A DNA stretch of 64,000 nucleotides from the NCBI GenBank assembly GCA_963716885.1, contig CAVQUL010000008.1:36551-100550 (forward strand). Direction: 5' to 3'. This document shows positions 58,944 to 64,000 of this stretch, one piece after another. Position 1 is the stretch's first letter. Each line of letters opens with the position of its first letter. The position numbers and the translations under genes are program-made. Source of the stretch: an uncultured Chitinophagaceae bacterium. Its GTDB lineage: Bacteria; Bacteroidota; Bacteroidia; Chitinophagales; Chitinophagaceae. The notes below the pieces were generated by a model. It was not told the DNA's origin. It saw nothing but the letters and a program-made list of their open reading frames with translations, and did no database searches.

Positions 58944-60645
58944 ATGCAACAATTTCTTAAACATAAATATTGGTGGATTTTTTTAATCATTGGATTTGGT
59001 GTGATTCTTTATCTATCAACAACCATTCATTCAAAAATTGATTTAACTGCTGAAAAAAGATTTTCAATCAGTAAAGCAACCAAAGATTTATTAATAAACT
59101 TAGATGATAAAGTTGAAGTACAAGTTTTCCTTACTGGTAATTTAAGTTCAGGATTTAGAAAATTAGAAATTTCTACAGAAGAATTATTATCAAGTTTAAG
59201 AGATGAAAGCAATGGTAAACTTTCATACACTTTTAGAAGACCAGGAGAAGGGTTGTCAGACACATTAAAATCAATGCTGTATGATAGTTTAATGAGTATT
59301 GGAGTTCGTCCTTTTAATAATGAATTAAATAGAGACGAAGGAGAAAAAACTGAGCAACTTATTTTTCCATCAGCAATTGTTCGATATCAAAACAAAATCA
59401 AAGTAGTTGATTTAATGAGTGGAAAAAGTGGTGCTGATGAAGAGAGCAGTTTAAACTATTCAGAAGCATTATTAGAATTTAAATTTGATGATGCGATTGA
59501 TAAAATCACAAAAAAAGAATTCCCAATAGTTGCTTATGCAGTTGGTAATGGAGAGCCTATAAATCCTACTGTTCAAGATTTAGTAACTACACTAAGTAAA
59601 AACTATAGAACAGGAATTTTTGATTTGAAAAAAGGCGTTCTTAATGCCGATACAATCAAAGCTTTAATAATCGTAAAACCATCTTTACCTTTCACTGAAA
59701 TTGATAAAATAAAAATTGATCAATATGTAATGCAAGGAGGAAAAGTGTTGTGGTTTGTAGATAGACTTTATGCTGAGTTTGATTCTTTGTTAAGAAGTCG
59801 TACTGAATTTATTGCTTTTGATAAAAATCTAGAATTAGACGATATTTTGTTTAAATATGGCGTTAGAATTAATGGAGATTTAGCTGCAGGATTTAAGTTG
59901 TGCAAAGCAACCTTTAGTGGTTGGAAATTCAGGTGGTCAACCACAAATTGAAAGAATTCCTTTTCCATATTATCCTTTGTTAATGAATCCTTCAGGGCAT
60001 TCTATTTCTAGAAATCTTGATCATGTTTTAACTATTTTCCCCTCAAGTATAGATACTGTTAAAGCAGATGGGATTAAAAAAACTATTCTATTATCAACTG
60101 ATACTTCTAGTAGAACTATTAGTTCTCCGAATATTGTTACACTTCAAAGTATAAAGTCAGAAAGTGATTTAGCATATTTCAACAAAAGCTATTTACCAGT
60201 TGCAGTTTTATTAGAAGGCAAATTCAAATCATTATATGCAAATCGTTTTACTCAAGTTATGAAAGACACAGTAAAATATTATACTGGTGTTGACTTTCTA
60301 TCAAGTGGAACAAAAGAAAGCAAACAAATTGTTGTAAGTGATGGTGATATTGTTACAAATGTAATTACACAATCAGATGGTGCTTTAACTATGGGAACTC
60401 AGCAATTTGAAAACTATCAATTTGCCAATAAAGAATTTTTATTAAACTGCTTAGATTACTTAGTAGGAAATTCAGATATTATTCAAACTCGAAATAAAGA
60501 TTTTACGCTTCGATTATTAGATAAAACAAAAGTTCGTGAACAAAAAACAATTTGGCAAATCATAAATGTTTTGGTTCCAGTTTTACTTGTTCTCATATTC
60601 ACCTTTGTATTGCAATATTCACGTAAGAAAAAATTTACATCTTAA
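58944..60645 (+). pseudogene. gldG: Gliding-motility ABC transporter auxiliary protein GldG; frame broken once near 59930
   Basis: N- and C-terminal TM anchors. Two consecutive ORFs give ~560 aa. Classic gldF-gldG pairing. Confidence 0.65.
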
Positions 60646-60655
60646 TTCAATTTTC

Positions 60656-61612
60656 TTGACACCTGACCAAATTACATACCTCGTTTTTTCAATTGTAGTA
60701 GCAATTGCTTTAGTTATTGATCTTGGATTCATGAGTAAAAAAGATAAAATAATCAGCACAAAAACTGCCTTATTACAAACTATATTTTGGGTTTGTTTAG
60801 CACTCGCTTTTTTTGTTTTTGTTTGGTTCGAAGAAGGTAAATTAACAGCTATAGAATATATCAGTGCTTATCTCATGGAATGGAGTTTAAGTATTGATAA
60901 CATTTTTGTTTTCATCATCATTTTTTCTGCATTTAAAGTCAGTTCAAATTATTATGCAAGAGTATTATTGATAGGTATTTTAATGGCTATTGTATTTAGG
61001 GTAATTTTTATTACAGTGGGTATTGCATTAGTACAAAAAGCTCAGTGGACGCTTTACCTTTTTGGATTATTTTTAATTTATACAGGCTATAAAATGTTTT
61101 CTACAACTCAGGAAACAGAATTTAATCCACAGAAAAGTAGAGTTTATACTTGGTTGTTAAAATATTTTCCAATAACTCTTGAAGATGGTGGAGGGAAATT
61201 TTTAATTAGAAAAAATGGAAAACCTGTTTACACTTCATTGTTTGTTGTAGTAGTCATGTTAGCTATAACTGATTTGGTTTTTGCTTTAGATTCAATCCCA
61301 GCAGTAATGGGCATTTCAAGAAATAATTTGGTCATTTACACTTCAAATATTTTTGCAGTTCTGGGTTTACGAAGTCTATTTTTCTTACTACGAGGTGCTG
61401 TATCAAAGTTTGACTTTTTACAACAAGGAATCGCCATTGTTTTAGTTTTTATTGGATTCAAAATGTTGCTAGAACATTATTTACACCAATGGTTCAGTAA
61501 AAATCAGCTAATCCTTATTTCTCTAGGTGTAATTGTTGTTTGTATTACTGGTTCAATCATTTATTCTATTAGACATAATAAAAAAGGAGGATTAAAAGAT
61601 AACACTGTTTAA
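60656..61612 (+). CDS. TerC-family integral membrane protein
   Basis: Multi-TM protein with EWSLSIDNIFVF and DLVFALDSIPAV motifs. Proposed TTG start at 60656; the ORF-track start 60566 overlaps gldG. Confidence 0.8.
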   Translation: MTPDQITYLVFSIVVAIALVIDLGFMSKKDKIISTKTALLQTIFWVCLALAFFVFVWFEEGKLTAIEYISAYLMEWSLSIDNIFVFIIIFSAFKVSSNYYARVLLIGILMAIVFRVIFITVGIALVQKAQWTLYLFGLFLIYTGYKMFSTTQETEFNPQKSRVYTWLLKYFPITLEDGGGKFLIRKNGKPVYTSLFVVVVMLAITDLVFALDSIPAVMGISRNNLVIYTSNIFAVLGLRSLFFLLRGAVSKFDFLQQGIAIVLVFIGFKMLLEHYLHQWFSKNQLILISLGVIVVCITGSIIYSIRHNKKGGLKDNTV

Positions 61613-61679
61613 TTTTCTATCTATTTCACAAAAAAACATTAGTTGAGTAACCTTATCTTCGCAACGCAAAAAAATAATT

Positions 61680-62892
61680 ATGAATTTACACGAATATCAA
61701 GCTAAAGAATTATTAAAGAATTATAAAGTTCCAGTTCAAGAAGGTATTGCAGTTGATCATGTTTCTGCAGCAGAAGATGCCTATAAGCAAATTTCTTCTC
61801 AAACGAATAATAAATTTGCTGTTGTTAAAGCACAAATTCATGCAGGTGGTAGAGGTAAAGGAAAAGTTAATGAAACAGGCATGAATGGTGTTAAAGTGGG
61901 TAAGTCTGTTGAAGATATTAAAAGCTTTTGCTGAAGGTATTTTAGGTGGAACATTGGTAACTATTCAAACTGGTCCAGCAGGGAAAAAAGTGTCTAAAAT
62001 TTTGGTTGCACAAGATGTTTATTATGATGGTCCTAATAAGCAAAAAGAATTTTATTTATCTATTCTTTTAGATAGAACTGCAGGACAAAATGTAATCATG
62101 TACAGCACTGAAGGAGGAATGGATATTGAAGAAGTTGCACATAATACACCTGATAAAATATTTAAAGAATTGGTTCATCCAAGTGGAGGTTTACAAGCTT
62201 TTCAGGCAAGAAAGATTGCATTCAATTTGGGTCTTTCTGGCGAAGCCATGAAAAACTGTATCAAGTTTGTTACAAATTTATATAAGGCTTATGTTGATTT
62301 AGATTGTGGAATGATTGAGATTAATCCACTTTTTAAAACTAGTGATGAAAAAATTATTGCTGTGGATTGTAAGATGAATATTGATGATAATGCATTAACT
62401 CGTCATCCAATAATTTCAGCATTAAGAGATACAAGCGAAGAAGATCCAACAGAAGTTGAAGCAGGCGAATACAATTTGAACTTTGTAAAGCTTGATGGTA
62501 ATGTTGGCTGTATGGTTAATGGTGCAGGTTTAGCTATGGCAACCATGGATATGATTAAATTAGCTGGTGGAGAGCCTGCAAACTTCTTAGATGTAGGTGG
62601 TTCTGCAAATGCTCAAACAGTTGAAGCTGGTTTTAGAATCATTATGAAAGATCCTAATGTAAAAGCAATTTTAATTAATATTTTTGGTGGAATTGTTCGT
62701 TGTGATAGAGTTGCTGCTGGTGTTATTGAAGCTTTCAATAAATTAGGTAATATTAATATTCCAATCATTGTTCGTTTACAAGGAACCAATGCTGTTGAAG
62801 CTAAAAAATTAATTGATGAAAGTGGATTAAAAGTACAAAGTGCAATTTTGCTTTCTGAAGCTGCAGCATTAGTAAAGCAGGCTGTTGCTTAA
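61680..62892 (+). pseudogene. sucC: Succinate--CoA ligase (ADP-forming) beta subunit; frame broken once
   Basis: MNLHEYQAKELL start. One A fewer in the A4 run 61920-61923 restores ...EDIKAFAEGILGG... Confidence 0.9.
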
Positions 62893-62910
62893 TTTATAAA
62901 AATAATTTTA

Positions 62911-62946
62911 AAAAGCCATTCAAATTTTGAATGGCTTTTTTTGTTT
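62911..62946 (+). terminator. Rho-independent terminator after sucC
   Basis: AAAAGCCATTCAAA (62911-62924) / TTTGAATGGCTTTT (62926-62939), followed by a T-run. Confidence 0.75.
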
Positions 62947-63003
62947 TAAGAAATTATGAAAATTCAATTTAATTCTTTATTAGCTTTTCCTTAGGTTTGT
63001 GAC

Positions 63004-63969
63004 ATGCATTCGTTTAAAGACTTATCAGTATTATTTGCAAAGCACTTCGATAAAAGTCATTTTCCGACAACACCAAATAATTTATACGAACCGTGTAATT
63101 ATTTTTTGCAAATAGGAGGTAAGCGTGTTAGACCAACTTTATGTTTATTAGGTAATGAATTGTTCGATGAAATACATGTTGATGCTTATCATATTTCAAC
63201 TGCTATAGAACTCTTTCACAATTTTACTTTAGTTCATGATGATATGATGGATGCTGCATCTTTAAGAAGAGGCATGCAAACAGTTCATACAAAATACAAC
63301 AGCAATATAGCTTTATTGAGTGGTGATGTGATGTTGATTAAAGCTTATGAATATATCAACAAAATTCAACCTCAATATCTTCAAAGTATTTTGCAATTAT
63401 TCAACACAACTGCAACTGAAGTTTGTGAAGGGCAACAATTTGACATGGATTTTGAAAATCAAGAAAATGTTGCTTTAGATGAGTACTTAAAAATGATTGA
63501 ACTAAAGACTTCTGTTTTGCTTGCTGCTGCTTTAAAAATGGGTGCTATTATTGGTGGAGCAAGTGAAGGTAATTGTAATCACTTGTATCAGTTTGGATTA
63601 AACTTAGGTATTGCATTTCAAATTCAAGACGATTATTTAGATGCTTTTGGCGACCCTGAAAAATTTGGAAAAGAAGTGGGTGGGGATATCAAACAAAATA
63701 AAAAAACATTTTTGTTATTGCATTCCCTTGAAGTTGCTAATAATGACCAAAGAAAAAGATTAACTACTTTAATAAAAGAAAATTCAAGTAATAAAGTAGA
63801 AGAAGTATTGAAAATTTATACTGAATGCAATGTTCAAGAGTGGACTAAAAACTTGAAACAAAAATATTTCGATACTGCTTTGCAACATTTAGAAGATATT
63901 GCAGTGGTTTCGTCTCGCAAAAAACCTTTAATAGAATTAGCACATTATTTAATTGATAGAGAACACTAG
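63004..63969 (+). CDS. Polyprenyl diphosphate synthase (GGPP/FPP synthase family)
   Basis: LVHDDMMD (first Asp-rich motif) and QIQDDYLD (second). Confidence 0.85.
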   Translation: MHSFKDLSVLFAKHFDKSHFPTTPNNLYEPCNYFLQIGGKRVRPTLCLLGNELFDEIHVDAYHISTAIELFHNFTLVHDDMMDAASLRRGMQTVHTKYNSNIALLSGDVMLIKAYEYINKIQPQYLQSILQLFNTTATEVCEGQQFDMDFENQENVALDEYLKMIELKTSVLLAAALKMGAIIGGASEGNCNHLYQFGLNLGIAFQIQDDYLDAFGDPEKFGKEVGGDIKQNKKTFLLLHSLEVANNDQRKRLTTLIKENSSNKVEEVLKIYTECNVQEWTKNLKQKYFDTALQHLEDIAVVSSRKKPLIELAHYLIDREH

Positions 63970-64000
63970 ATTATTGAAGATTTAATATTTAAGAATTTTT

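Overview
AT-rich chromosomal window (about 30% G+C by eye) from a Bacteroidota organism, probably Flavobacteriia-like. Lineage markers are gldF/gldG, DUF4292, DUF3127, a PUR-like DUF3276 protein, long-form LepB, crtB/crtI and kynurenine 3-monooxygenase. I call about 62 protein genes. I saw no rRNA, tRNA, CRISPR array, integrase or transposase. Content is mostly housekeeping: kdsA, sdaA, pckA, dnaA, lysC, ggt, icd, parE, parC, hutI, dut, ssb, lepB, ftsK, sucC. There are three functional neighbourhoods. One is a methylated-sugar/glycosyltransferase cluster (6.2-12.9 kb). One is a set of scattered carotenoid genes: crtB-crtI at 20.4-22.7 kb, a CrtA-like gene at 33.5 kb, and a polyprenyl synthase at 63 kb. 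One is a Crp/Fnr-headed sulfur/thiol cluster (50.0-55.4 kb) with TauE, a TPMT-like methyltransferase, an MBL-rhodanese fusion, rhodaneses, thioredoxins and two small Cys-motif membrane proteins. About 19 genes, including essential ones, have broken reading frames, several at A-runs, so indel errors in the sequence are the most likely cause. I report these as single frame-broken genes. The most unusual region is a G+C-richer ~3.8-kb insertion (38.3-42.2 kb) between ssb and the parC neighbourhood. It is bracketed by bulged palindromic repeats. It carries a 702-aa secreted protein of unknown function, a ~45% G+C non-coding spacer with a 20-bp long-range helix and tandem half-repeats, and a zinc-ribbon protein with a C-terminal R-x4-H (HEPN-like) motif. 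This is my best candidate for an undescribed RNase toxin or defence-type module with an RNA component. All homology calls come from motif recognition by eye; no searches were run.
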